Below are positions 25,951 to 38,113 of a stretch of 64,000 nt of DNA, piece by piece; positions within the stretch are counted from its first letter, which is position 1, and every line of letters starts with the position of its first letter. Where the stretch lies: contig NC_045698.1 of assembly GCF_009834535.1 (NCBI RefSeq), positions 13,890,001 through 13,954,000 of the forward strand. The letters are read 5' to 3'. The translations under genes were made by a program, and so were the position numbers. The notes beneath the pieces are model-generated. The model was not told where the DNA came from and searched no databases. It worked only from the letters and a program-made list of their open reading frames with translations. This stretch comes from Camelus ferus (taxonomy: Eukaryota).

Positions 25951-27560
25951 GATTGTGGTGATGGAAATGTTACAAAATTCATCATACTTTCTAGAACAGA
26001 TTATAAATATAATTGAAATACAACCCATGCCTCACATAGGCACACGGTGTTAACGCCTATGTAGAACTTATTGCTCAACATGAAACCCCATAACAACCTG
26101 TGGACAGACAGGCACAGCCATGACAGAAGACATTAATAGCATCCCATAAATCTGGACTATGAAGCATCCCAAGAAACCTAGGAGCTCATTTAATAAAAAT
26201 AAGACCTGACAAAAACAGAACATGTCGCTTGTACCTGTGGGATCAAAACAAGGAACCGGCCATTTTGTGCAAATTGTTCTAATAAAAACTATAGGTTAAT
26301 GAAGGAAAATTCAACTTGCAAAATCAGTTTAAGTGAGGAAAGACCAAAATATAAAGCAAATCTGATTTGGAGAAGAGACATCAGATCCAGACACTACAGA
26401 AGAGTGGCAACGAGATACAGCATTGGGCTTTCCCAGAGCACGAGGCCGTGGTGCCCTGAAACTGATTTACTTCGACTTAAGTTGATATCACAAAAATCCC
26501 CCAAAACAAAAAACAAAAAATCCTCATAATCTCCCTTCCCCTGAGGCTTGTTGCCGAGGATGCAGGAGGATGAGGGCTGAATTGCTTAGATGTGGGAAAT
26601 CTTGTCAAAGAAAAAGAATAATATCGATTAAAATGTAATCAGTTGGCAATCTGGTTATTACATTGTTTAAAGTAATCTGTCTTCAGGAAACTTTCCATTC
26701 GGGGATAGTCTTAGAACAATGGTTTCTGTATTTGAAAGTTGAACCTAAAATTGAAAAATATTATTCAACCTCAAAGCTCCCTGCCGCAGCTATCAGCAAA
26801 GCCCAGATGACATTGTTATCAACATACCCCTATGAAATATGGCAGAATTTGCCTCATTTTAGAAATCTGATCACTTCAGAACTGTTAGTCTGGAAGAAAA
26901 TGGGTTTTCTTCTGTTTATAAGGTAAATTAAGATTCTGAAAGTGTGTGGCATCTTTATCAGAACAACCCCCTCTCTTTTAAGCATCCCACAGACAGAGCT
27001 TTCTAACATTAAGTGGTAGTATTAGTGCTTAAATACTTTTAGAATGAATAGGCTTTTATTTGAATTTGAAAAATATATAATCTATGTTTACATGGTAGAT
27101 GTAACACGAGGCACATGTCCTCAGACTCATGTTATTTACTTCTTACTCTTCTTTGCAGCCTAACTCTCTTGGGAAATATACAACATAAGGGCTCGCTATA
27201 CGGGCAATGCTTGAATCCAAAGAGTCTTATTCATGGGACTGCAATTGAATTCCAACTCAAGTAGAACTAAATAGCTCTAACTACCCTTGGATTTCTGCCT
27301 AGCCTCAGTAATAAAAACTCAGAAAAAGGGAAGACAGAAATGTCAGAGAAAAGAAATGATACAGGACTAGGTTGGGGGTAATACGCAGAATCATTCAATG
27401 CTAATATTTAAAATTAAGAAGTGACATGTGTCTATAAAACTGTTTATCCAACAACAAAATAGATAAAACATTCTCAGTAGGTACCTTTTCAAAATATTTT
27501 TATAATAAAATACACTTCCTTTCACAAACTTCAAAAAAACACATTTAATACTTCATGAAC

Positions 27561-27616
27561 ATCTATCTATCTATATATATACACACATATATATACACAC
27601 ACGCACACACACACAT
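27561..27616. repeat. Compound (TCTA)/(TA)/(CA) microsatellite
   Basis: Read directly from the sequence. Confidence 0.9.
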
Positions 27617-28354
27617 ACTTAGATTTTTGGCAAATGTTAACAGGAATTTGACATTTTTAGATATATCCAGCAAGTATAAAATCAACTAACCATTTACCTA
27701 GGTGATATCGGTCCTAACTTGGGATTAATTATGAAAGTTGAGGAATTAAGAGTTTTGAGAATTATATTTTAATATTCTAGTTCACAGCTGTCAAAAATGA
27801 ACCAATGTAAACTGAGGCTAGAGTATATATAACTGGACAAGATGTTTAAAGATATCCTTCAAATTATACTTTCCCTCTTAACATAAGATTATATGGGGAT
27901 GATGTATGAGACTTGGAGGAAACACTCACACATGTATGGGTTATTTGCAAAAGCGATCTAATAAGTGATAACAAAAACTAACATTTATGAAGCACTTGCA
28001 GTGTACTATATACATGCTTTAAATGTTTTCTAAATATTAGTTTATTGCAGACTCAAAAAAACTAGATAAGTACTATTAATAGACCATTTTTGTCGAGAAG
28101 AAATCTGATGCAGAGTGATGGAGAATTTTATCCAACATCAAAGAGCTAGTTAGTGCAAGAGATTAAAAATCAATACAATCCATCAAGTAATATTTATACT
28201 TTTTTAAAGTAGATAATATTTGAGGCTTTGCCCATTCATTCAATGAATATTTATTTGAAGGAATAAAAGAAAGGAACAAGAGATATATAAAAGAGAAGAG
28301 GTAGCAAGACCTGAGAATTATTTAGACATGGTTTAGTTAGGGAAACAAGTAGGC

Positions 28355-28390
28355 AAAAAAAGAAAAAAAGAAAAGAAAAGAAAAGAAAAG
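28355..28390. repeat. (AAAAG)n simple repeat
   Basis: Read directly from the sequence. Confidence 0.9.
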
Positions 28391-29064
28391 CTATTTGCAA
28401 GCTAATATTGAGATCGATGCTCAGACAGTTTAAAATCAGAGGTCAGAGTTAAATTCTAAGCACCAGAAGGCATTAGGGAAAACATTGGTGAGATATCTTA
28501 GATCTGGTCTAAAGTGGGGTGTCATTTTTCAGACCACCATTACTTTGTAAGTAAGATAGAAGGAGACAGTTGGTTATAGATAGGCTACAGACAGAAGTTG
28601 ATCTCCTTTACCCATACGCTAATGCCCTGATCAATATTACCATCTCCACAGTGTTACCCTAGAGTAATATGAACTTACTTTACAATAAAATATTCTTCGG
28701 TAAGGAATGACAATTGTTTCAATCATCATCAACTAAGTCATTGAGAGAATGCTTGCAAGAGAGTCGAGAGGGGGTTGGTTGATGGGGACAATTCAACTCA
28801 TAGTGCATTTTTGATCTAAAATGCAAAGGTCGGCTCACGAAGGTACATAGAGAGAAGAGATGAACAGAAGAGGGGTTTACCCAAAACAAATTTCCCAATT
28901 TTCAGATACTGTAGAGGTGATAACCACTTCAGGCCACTGAAGAACCTCTCCTACATTCTTTTCCTCTGTGTACAATAAACTGTCTTGATTTATTCAGAAT
29001 GTAAACATAAATTCTATGAAAATTTGTTTCCAAAAGAGATCCAGCATATGTGTGAAAATGGTAT

Positions 29065-29295
29065 TGAGCAGTAGTAAGAGATCAACATGGGTTTGGAAAC
29101 CAAGTAAGGGTGGTGTTCGTCACACCTAAACCCCTGATTAGCTCTGTGACCGTAAGCAATGTAACACCTCTCTGAGCCCTTCTTTGTTAGCAAAATGGAG
29201 ATGCTGCGTACGTTGTAACTTTCTTGTGACAATTAAATGAGGTAATATATGAAAGTATTTTATGCTTGAGTACCACATGACAGACCTCAATAGTT
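29065..29295 (+). mobile_element. MIR SINE
   Basis: ttagctctgtgaccgtaagcaatgtaacacctctctgagccc...aaaatggagat...aattaaatgaggtaatatatgaaagt. Confidence 0.8.
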
Positions 29296-32200
29296 AACTG
29301 TTACTTGTTTTATTGCCTCTTAAGTTCGCTTTCTCTCTTTCTTTCTTAGAAAACTTATGTTTATTTTGTTGAGAAAGTTCATGAATAGTTAAGTTCTGTT
29401 TTTTTGTTAGTCTGTTTTGTTTTTTTCTTCTGGCAAAGTGCTCCAAACACAGTAGGAGCTGAATAAGGATTACTATTGAATGAACAAATGTCTCCATACA
29501 AATGGCATGAATTGCTGTCCATTTCCAAAAAATAAAAAGAAAATTCTGTCCAAAAATTATTTCCCTGCCCAATGCATATCAGTCAATTTTCATTTGGAAA
29601 GTTTATGAGAATAAAACTCTTTCTACAACCTACCATAGCACAGGGGTATGACTTTGCCTTATAAGTGAATGAATAAACCAACGAAGCCTTCAACAAATAC
29701 AAAGAAGAATCTGTTAGTACCTAGTGTAAAATTAATTAAGGCATGTCAGAGTAGCCTTTACCTCTTTTGTAAATGTTTTGGTGGAAAGAATCAGGCCAAT
29801 AGGTCATCACGCTTTAATTATCCAGAGCAGTAGGTTTTCATACAGAGATGAATTTTTTATAGATTCCTAATATTATGTTCAAAATTTCTTAGATTAATTC
29901 AGGAAATAAACTTTCTTTTACAGCGTGTGCTAGCTTATATTTCTCTTTCACTGAGAGATATCTAAACATTGCAAAAAGGACAAATACATTTATATTTTTC
30001 ACAGCATTTCATTTAACTTACAGTTCTGGAACTAATTTTAAGTTGTAATACAATTATCATTTTTAAAGCTCATTTTTTTAGACTTTAGGTTGAATCCTAG
30101 GGGAAAAAAAAACCCTCCATAGTACCTCATGTGGATGCTTTGGCTACATCTGCAGGATACACAGCCAACAGGATTAGTATGAGGGAGAAAATGTTGAGGT
30201 AGATTCAAGGGCTACTCTAGTACGATTATTATAGCACAACATTACGTCCTGACATCACTATAAGCTCACCACATCTTGCATGAACTAGGTGCCAAGATAA
30301 TATCTATACTAAATGCTACTTAGGAAGTTTTGTGATCAGTAATCAATAAGATGTTGCCTATGAGGGATTGGTTATCACCTGGCTGCAGACCAGAGGAAGT
30401 ACAATTAAGCTTGTGCCGGCTCAGATTTGTCCAGTGGTCCTTAAGGGCCCACTCATTGGACAACTCCCTATGCAAACCATGACTAATTTCCTGCTGTCAG
30501 ATAAATGGGCCCATTTAACATAGGGGATCTTGCAAAAGTTGCTACTGTAGTTTATAAACCTGGGTTAAAATTTTTTATTCCTACAACTACTCTGTTCTGT
30601 CATTCAATATGTGCACCATTTCATATTTCTAGTAAATCTATTTTAATGCAATGAAAAGAAAAAAGCATTACATTGAAATAAGACGAAAATTTATTCTTAA
30701 AATTAGCATTTATGGGCAAAAAAAAAAACACCAGACACGTTATGGCCATGGTAAACACTGTCAATCTCAACAGTGATTGCCTTTATTCAAGTATTTTCTT
30801 CAACAGAAGCTACTTTAAAAAAAATTACCCAGTTCATCATTTGGTAATCAATTTCACTGATTATGTAGGCCTAGATTCAAGATAATTATTAGTCATGTTA
30901 AAGTACATTAGAAAAGTTTTTTTCACTTCAAAAACAAAATTTCAGCCCTCAGAGGCACTTGTTATTTTCATTATAGTCTGTCCATCTCACCATAAAAATT
31001 AATTTAAAACTGACATCATGGAAATCTATTTTAACAGTGGTTTACTTGGAGAAACGTCAGTTGGCTTAAAGTATACAAGATTTCTTTCAGTTGTCACACT
31101 GTAGATACTTGTGGGTACAGAACGTGAGTAGTAACGCAAATATATTTGAGACTTTGCCTCCCAACCAGCTGTTTTGGTAAGTTTTACTGACTACGATCAA
31201 TAGATGGGATAAAGTTTAATCAATGTACACCCTGTGGGATATTACAGCAGCCTGGCCTCATCTTTAATTTAACAAAAAGTCACACACCTGCAGTATAGCT
31301 CAGATTCATTAAAAAATTTAAGATTCCCTTAGCTCACTTTGGGGATGCAATTTATTCCACAAGTCATGCACCCAGAAAATAATCCTTCTAAAAAAAATAG
31401 AACATAAAGACCATTTGTCACTTGATAGTGTATTGTGCTTAATAAACAGGCAGCATATACAGCACATAGATATTTTGGAAAGCTTTCTAACTTCCCAAAC
31501 CAAAGCTATGACCCAATGAGACAAAAGCACCTCAAGAAGTAAAATCTCTGCACAGAAAATGCTTCAGCCTGTTATTTATGCTTTTAGGTAATGAAGATTT
31601 TAGAAATTCCAGTAATCTTGAGTTTTACAAATGCTATGGAACCATTTTAAGCATCTTTTATTTCTTTGAAAAATTCACATGAAAGCTATTTGGATGGTTT
31701 AGTTCCCTGTCGGTAGACTAGCAGATGTCACGAAGCCAGGATTTAGGCATTCATTCCAGAGCTAAGGGAGCTACACAGGCCCATCCAGAAAATAGTTTCT
31801 CCCTCTGGCATCAGGATTCTGATTTGGGGTGGTTACCACCACATACTAGGTTGCTAGGTAACTGTGGGCCCAAAATGGAAATATTTCTAGGGGTCTTCTG
31901 TATCTTTTTTGAAGCATGGCGACAGTGACCATGTTCTCTTCCAATCTCTATGATTAGCGATGTAATTGGGAATCAGTCACTCAGTTGGCTTAGTCTACAG
32001 ATCTCTTCATGTCTGACAGAACAGGATTGTCTTGGTCATCTTTGGGTGCCTTGACGTTCTCAACTGCCATAGTGACGTGACATTTAACAGTCAAGTTATT
32101 GGTCAATCTAAATGTGCTAATTTGGCTATCTGTAATGTGATAAATGACAAAACACAAGTCGAAGACTAGGACTTCCAGTTTTAAATGGGAGTCTTCTTTC

Positions 32201-33377
32201 TATCTGCACTCAATTTGCATTAATTGTGCTTAATGAATTATCTCCTTTGTATCAGATGACTATGTCAGTTTTAATGAGGATATATTAAGGCTTTCGGTTA
32301 AAGGTCCAATTAAGACATTCTTGACTTTCACTAAGCTAATCTTTCATAAGTAAATTTGGTCTATAAGGTTTTTACTCACTGTATATCAGATGATATCTTT
32401 AATGTGAATATATTTTGAAACACATTTTCTAGGTATTCTTGTCTTTCTTTTTGGAAGTTTGATTCCTATAGTCAAACCATCTTAGTTACTTTTTTAAGCT
32501 TTCCTTTTCAACTCTGCCATATCATCTTGTCATTATTTTGAAATATCTCTTATTTTTTGCTGTTATAACATCCCCAAATGAATGAGGTGCTCCTAACTGC
32601 CATCTCATCATAAGCTTCGTGAAAATTTCAGAAATATGTAAGAAAAACAAACACACTACTAAGGACGCAGTGAATATACTGGAATCATTTGTTCCGAGGT
32701 TACAATTAAACTAAAAATAGGCTGAGTAAACACTTCTAATTCTCTACAACTATTCTTTTTTTTTAAAAGATATTTTAGAAAGTTTTTTTTTTAATTTGGC
32801 GATTATTTCCAAACTCCATCACAATTTTATTTCTTATGTTAGCACATAAATTGACCATTGTTTCCTAAATAATGTCATGGTAAGCATTTGAAAACAACAA
32901 TGCAGGATATTTACTATTTCTTTCTAATGGCTTTAAAGTTATAACACAAAGAAAATACTAAACATTTTACCAATAAGTAAATGTATAGATAAATTCAGAT
33001 AATAAATCAAAGTGGAAAAGAAGATGAGGGGCTATCCTTACTCACATAAATTCATGCTAAAGCTCTTCATCCTATGAGAAATGTTAATTGAAGACTTCAC
33101 TAATTTCCTTTTTGTTGTACTAAATCAAGTCATATATGTCTTTGACTTTACATATGGAGAAACTCTAAAATTAAGAGTTTTTTTCATGAGATGCTAGAGT
33201 TAAAAATGGAATTTGACTCTCTTCTGCATCTCTTTTTCCAGAAGTATGAAACACACCTGAACATGGAAAACATTCATCTGTTTCCTACTTTGTAACATCT
33301 GACGTCTATAAATGCAGTTTATAATAATAATAATAATAATTCATATTACAATAATTTTTATTAGTTGAAATATATGA

Positions 33378-33620
33378 GAGGTAGCATATATGGCTTTTTA
33401 AAAAACAGGGTCTTTGGAATAAAGCAAAACTGGATTTAAATTCTAGATCTGCCACTTTATCACTATGTAAACTTGGCCAATTTACCTAATTTTCTGAGCC
33501 TTAGTTTCTTCATCTGTAGAATGGGACTAATACTATAGACTCTTTAGGGTTGTTAGAGGGGCTTTTGACTTGCTGTATAAACCTCTGGCCCACAGAGAGC
33601 AAGCAATGAATGGTCACTGT
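33378..33620 (+). mobile_element. MIR SINE
   Basis: tctgccactt...tatgtaaacttggccaatttacctaattttctgagccttagtttcttcatctgtagaatggg. Confidence 0.88.
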
Positions 33621-34689
33621 TTGTAACAGTCATGTGATGTAGGTCACATTTCCAGAAAGCCCTCTAGCCTCTTGTGTCATCACAGGGTTGCTCATCCATC
33701 AGCAGCCACACAGGACATTCCTGAATTTCAATTGCAGTATGCCAGCAAGTGAGCACAGGCTGTTTAAATCAAGGTTTCTTTCCTACTGGTAAACAGCCTG
33801 GTCCCAATTCTATTTTTAAGAAAGTTGGTGATTATATTGCTGCAAATTGCACATCCTTGTTTTGAGTCGAAAGAGACAAAAGCTAGACATGGCATGCCCT
33901 TAGAAATCTGAATAATCTTACTAATAGTTTAGAAAATTGAAATACAAAAGGCTGAAGTCAGGAAGCTTTTCACAAATGCCTGTAAGACGCAAACTCCCTT
34001 TCATTATCAATTCTGCAGACTTGGAGTTAATTGCATTTCAGGGCACATTGCAAGGTACAGCTTTTCAAGGCGCAGTTTCCTTAATTAGTACAAACATTTA
34101 GTCCCTGAGAAATGTGGAAGTATAGGATTGCTTTTGTATTTGTTAATGTTTTCTGTATTTTATTCACTGTTTGCACCTAGAGGCCCATGTGAATGACACA
34201 TTTTTATTAAAATCAAGAACAAATATTATGTAAATTATGCCCCCAAACACAAGCTTTGGAGTCTGACGATTTTAAGGAAGCTTTGGAAGGATTCATTTCA
34301 GCTGTCTAACCAAAACAAAACAAAAAAATATAAGGCACAAGCTAATGAATTTGTGCTTCTTAGTATTTGCTTTTGGAGAAAATATACCAATCACCTTTGC
34401 GTAGCAACAACTGGGAGACTGTGTGAAACATAGCTGGTGTTCAATTAAATGCTCCCAATGACAGAGCAATTACTGAGGACATTAACAATATTATGGAGCA
34501 ATTATATATAAATATTTTTATGAAATAAAGTGTATATGTTGAAACATTCACATGAACATGCATGTATGTGAGACATCCACACTGATATGCATTTCCCAAA
34601 CATAGTTTTTCAAAATTTCTTTCCATGAATTTAATAATTAGAACTCCTGTTTTGCCAAAGTAACATCCAGTTTGGTTTACTCTGTGTTA

Positions 34690-35505
34690 AGATTTTTCAA
34701 CCTCAGCACTACTGATATTCTGAAACAGATAATTCTTTGTTGTGGGGACTCACTTGTGAGCTGCAGGATGCTCAGGACCATCCCTGACATCTATCTACAG
34801 ATGACAGTAGTATTCCTCCCCAAGTTGTGATCACCAAACACATCTTCAAACATTGCCAGTGGTCCCTTGGTAGGGGTGTTAGAGCAGGCAGATAGCCAGA
34901 TATGAGCAAAGAAAGAGGGGCACAGGCCAAGTGGCAGGAAATCATATGTCATCTAAACAACGGGGGTCCCTGGGCAGAGGAAAAAAGCTGGAACCTCTGG
35001 ACTGATAAGAAATCACACATTTGGGGTATGAGTGTCCTGGAGGCCAACAAAGAAAGGGAAAAAAGCAGGAATCTCTAGTGTCTAAATGTAACCTTTTGCT
35101 CATTATGCCCTCATTACAAGTAAATTAGCCTTGCAAATTAGAAGTTCCCATTATGCACTGACATCATGACACTTCCCATCCAGACTAAATAAGGACAAAA
35201 ATCCCTCTTCCCCTTGAGAAGGTTGATCTGGGGTGAAAATCAGTGAATACAACTCTAAACCCTTCCCCCTGAATGAATATTCTGTCCATTCATTTTTACA
35301 CCCTATGTAACCAAATTGCCAAAGAAACTCAGTGCAGCCACTCACCTGAGTCTGCCCTCTCGCCCCTTGACCGTGTACTATCCATCCCTCAAAACATCCT
35401 CATTTTACTTTCTAAACCTCCGTGTCTGTCTCTGAATTCTTTCTGCGATGAGACAAGAACCTAACTGCCGGCAACAGGGGGGTTTTGCCCTGGGGTGACC
35501 ACTGT
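34690..35505 (+). mobile_element. MER20 (hAT-Charlie) split by an LTR insertion
   Basis: tcaacctcagcactactgatatt...gataattctttgttgtgggg...caagttgtga...aaacattgccag; the short remainder ending gaccactg follows 35476. Confidence 0.85.
34877..35476 (+). mobile_element. ERV1-like solo LTR (600 bp)
   Basis: TGTTAG...CAACA ends; 4-bp TSD GGGG at 34873-34876 and 35477-35480; U5-type motif tgaattctttc...gacaagaac. Confidence 0.88.
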
Positions 35506-35719
35506 TTTACGTGGAACGGTGATTTTGTGTATGTGAGGATGTACAGAGCAACACTGAAAGAAGTCTGTCCCTTACCTCAAGTTTTCCTCCTTTTGCCTAC
35601 CTTTTTGGAACATCTCTTCCACCCTTCACAGCATTTTAAAATTCCATTATTACTTATTTTGAAATGCACCTCCTCCTATCATTGTTTTTATTAAAGTTAT
35701 TCATGCATCTCTGATTTCT

Positions 35720-36145
35720 CTTCTCCCCGCACCGACATTGCTGTCAGGATAAATTTCCAAGATGTGGACTTAGCACAAAGCCTCTTCGTGATCTCTCTCC
35801 AGCTTCTCTCTCCAACCTCATTATTTGCCATTCCCACACAGGCAACCTGAGCTCCTTGTGTACACAACAAACTTCAGTTATCTTCTCTATTCTTCACCTG
35901 TCTAATCCTTAACCTGGATTTTGAGCCTCAATTCAATCTTCCTCAACTCATTCCCTCTAGGAGATGTTGGGCACACCTGTTCACTACACATTTTATCAGA
36001 CCTTTATCACCCTTATCAAAGGATGCAAATTTTTTTTTGGTCTCTTCACTAGACTTCAAGCTGCTCTGTGTGTGTGTGCCTGTGTTTAATGTCTTTATCA
36101 CAAAGGCTATTGTAATATTTGCATATGATAGGTGCTTTAAATATC
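35720..36145 (+). mobile_element. L2 3' fragment
   Basis: aggataaatttccaag...acaaagcctcttcgtgatct, cactagacttcaagctgct, taggtgctttaaata. Confidence 0.6.
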
Positions 36146-37064
36146 ACTTTTAAAAATAAATGTATTTCCCACCTCTTTTAATTAAAAAATACAGAATTCA
36201 TCATTAACATCAAGTTTTAGCCTTCAAAAGAAAGTCTTACCAATGTTTATCAAACATTTTCACAACAAACTCACAGCATGAAGTATTTTTATTCTCAAAG
36301 GTGTTGGCTCCTTTTGGTAAATGGCTGCATTTGTAAATAACTTTTATAATGCTAGCTTTCAATACAATTAGACAAATTTTACTTACTAAATGTCAAAAAT
36401 GATATTAAAATATGGCATACTATGGAATAATAAAGCACAGTGGGCTTTCCTCTGGTTGGATAAATAAGCATATCAACTCCCGCCTGCATCCCTTAATTAA
36501 AGATCAGTTTCCATCACTGGGTTTATGCATGTTACTTTGTACACTTTGCCTGTCCTGCCTCTTACAAGCCACATGCAGCTCCTGCTCTCAGTGTGACAGA
36601 GGTGTTATCAACTGACAGGGTACTCTCTCTGCTGCATTCACGGATGAAACAGAATTGTTTAATACACACATTTGTGCACAGAAAATGGTTTCTCTCCATG
36701 CATGAGTGCTGTGGCCATTTTTTTAAAAACTTAAAAACAATCATGCTCACATAAAAGAAAATTGAAACACTTCACAAATGTTACATAGATACCTAGGAGA
36801 ATATTTATCGTATTAACTTTTGTCAAAATGGATGAGAACTAAAGAGAGTGAGAATAAGAACTCGATGGGGAAAAGCAGACAGATTTATTAAGGACTTCAG
36901 GCTTTCTAGGGCCTTAGGATTATCCAAGGGTATAAACACAAGGTAACCAAAGAGTTTTAAACATTACGTAGTTCTTTGATTTTGTCATAATTGAGACAAA
37001 AAAAAAAAAAAAAAAACTCCCTTCTCATTACGCAAGGAAAGGTTTAATTACATCTGCGCATACT

Positions 37065-37500
37065 ACAGTAATAAAATATTAATGAGCACTTACTATGTGA
37101 AGCACTTTGTCAATCTAATTTAATTCTCCCAACATATTTATGCAGTATTATTATTCCCTGTTCATATGTTCAACATTGAGATTCAGCAAGGTTGAATGAC
37201 TGTGTAAGACCCCACAACTAGTAAACCAAGCCACTGGAAATCTCACATCGGTCTTCCTGCCTTCAGAGGTGATTCTCTAAGGAACACTCCACACTGCCTT
37301 GGACAAGATTGCATTTATAGAGTCACTGCTGGATGCAGACCACTCAGCTTAGCACTTTAAGCTCATCACTTGAGTCAGTCTCACAATGAATAACTCTGAG
37401 AGACAGATATTAGTGTTCTTCTTTCACAAATAAGGGTGATTTCCTAAAGGTTTGCAGCTACTGTAACCGGACAAGGATTCAGAGCCGAATGTTATTCCCA
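37065..37500 (-). mobile_element. Two adjacent MIR SINEs
   Basis: tattaatgagcacttactatgtgaagcact...aacattgagattcagcaaggttgaatgactgtgtaag; second copy ctcacaatgaataactctgagagacagatattag. Confidence 0.7.
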
Positions 37501-37859
37501 AACCTTCATTTTAAAAACTGTATTTATACCCCTAATCATTAAGGTACCAAAGATTCTCTAGTCTGTGATTAAATATTTCTATATAAAATTTTCCAGTCAA
37601 TTACACTCCCATCTATTAAGTCGAATGGAAAAAAAAAAAATCTGTGTGGTCAACAATATACTCATGGAGATAGCTACAGATATTCTAAATTTGACAGCAA
37701 CCCATCTGTTACTCACTCAGGTAAAGAATCAGTTAATATGATAATTGGATTATAGTCAGTAGGAAATAACATGGAAATTAAATATTATTTTATTCATTTT
37801 GAATTGCTGTGAGAAGCAATAAAATCGTTACAGGTCTAAAAGGTGAAAATATAACATAC

Positions 37860-38113
37860 CTCACTAAGCTATTAGCACTGTCAGGATCTTGTGCCAAAAC
37901 TGTGCCAACGACAGTCCCGATCTTGGCATTTTCATAGACTTCCATGACGTAGGAGGGCATGGAAAACAATGGTGGCTCGTCTACATCCCCAACAATGATC
38001 TTCAGCATGGTAGCATCTTTAAAAGGACCCAAGTGAGAAAAGCGAAAATCAAGATGTGTATTTGCTCCTTCTATGTTGAGGGTATATGATTTCTTTTTCT
38101 CATAGTTCAGCGG
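37860..38113 (-). CDS. CDH18: Cadherin-18 internal coding exon (254 nt, phase 0 to 2), end of EC3 and start of EC4
   Basis: Encodes PLNYEKKKSYTLNIEGANTHLDFRFSHLGPFKDATMLKIIVGDVDEPPLFSMPSYVMEVYENAKIGTVVGTVLAQDPDSANSLV(R), with LNYE, DVDEPP and DPD calcium-binding motifs. Acceptor TTTTTCCCCCACAG, donor AG|GTATGT. In frame with the upstream exon. Confidence 0.96.

Noticed and set aside
37889..38089. Plus-strand ORF antisense to the exon
   Set aside because: Shadow ORF of coding sequence with no independent support
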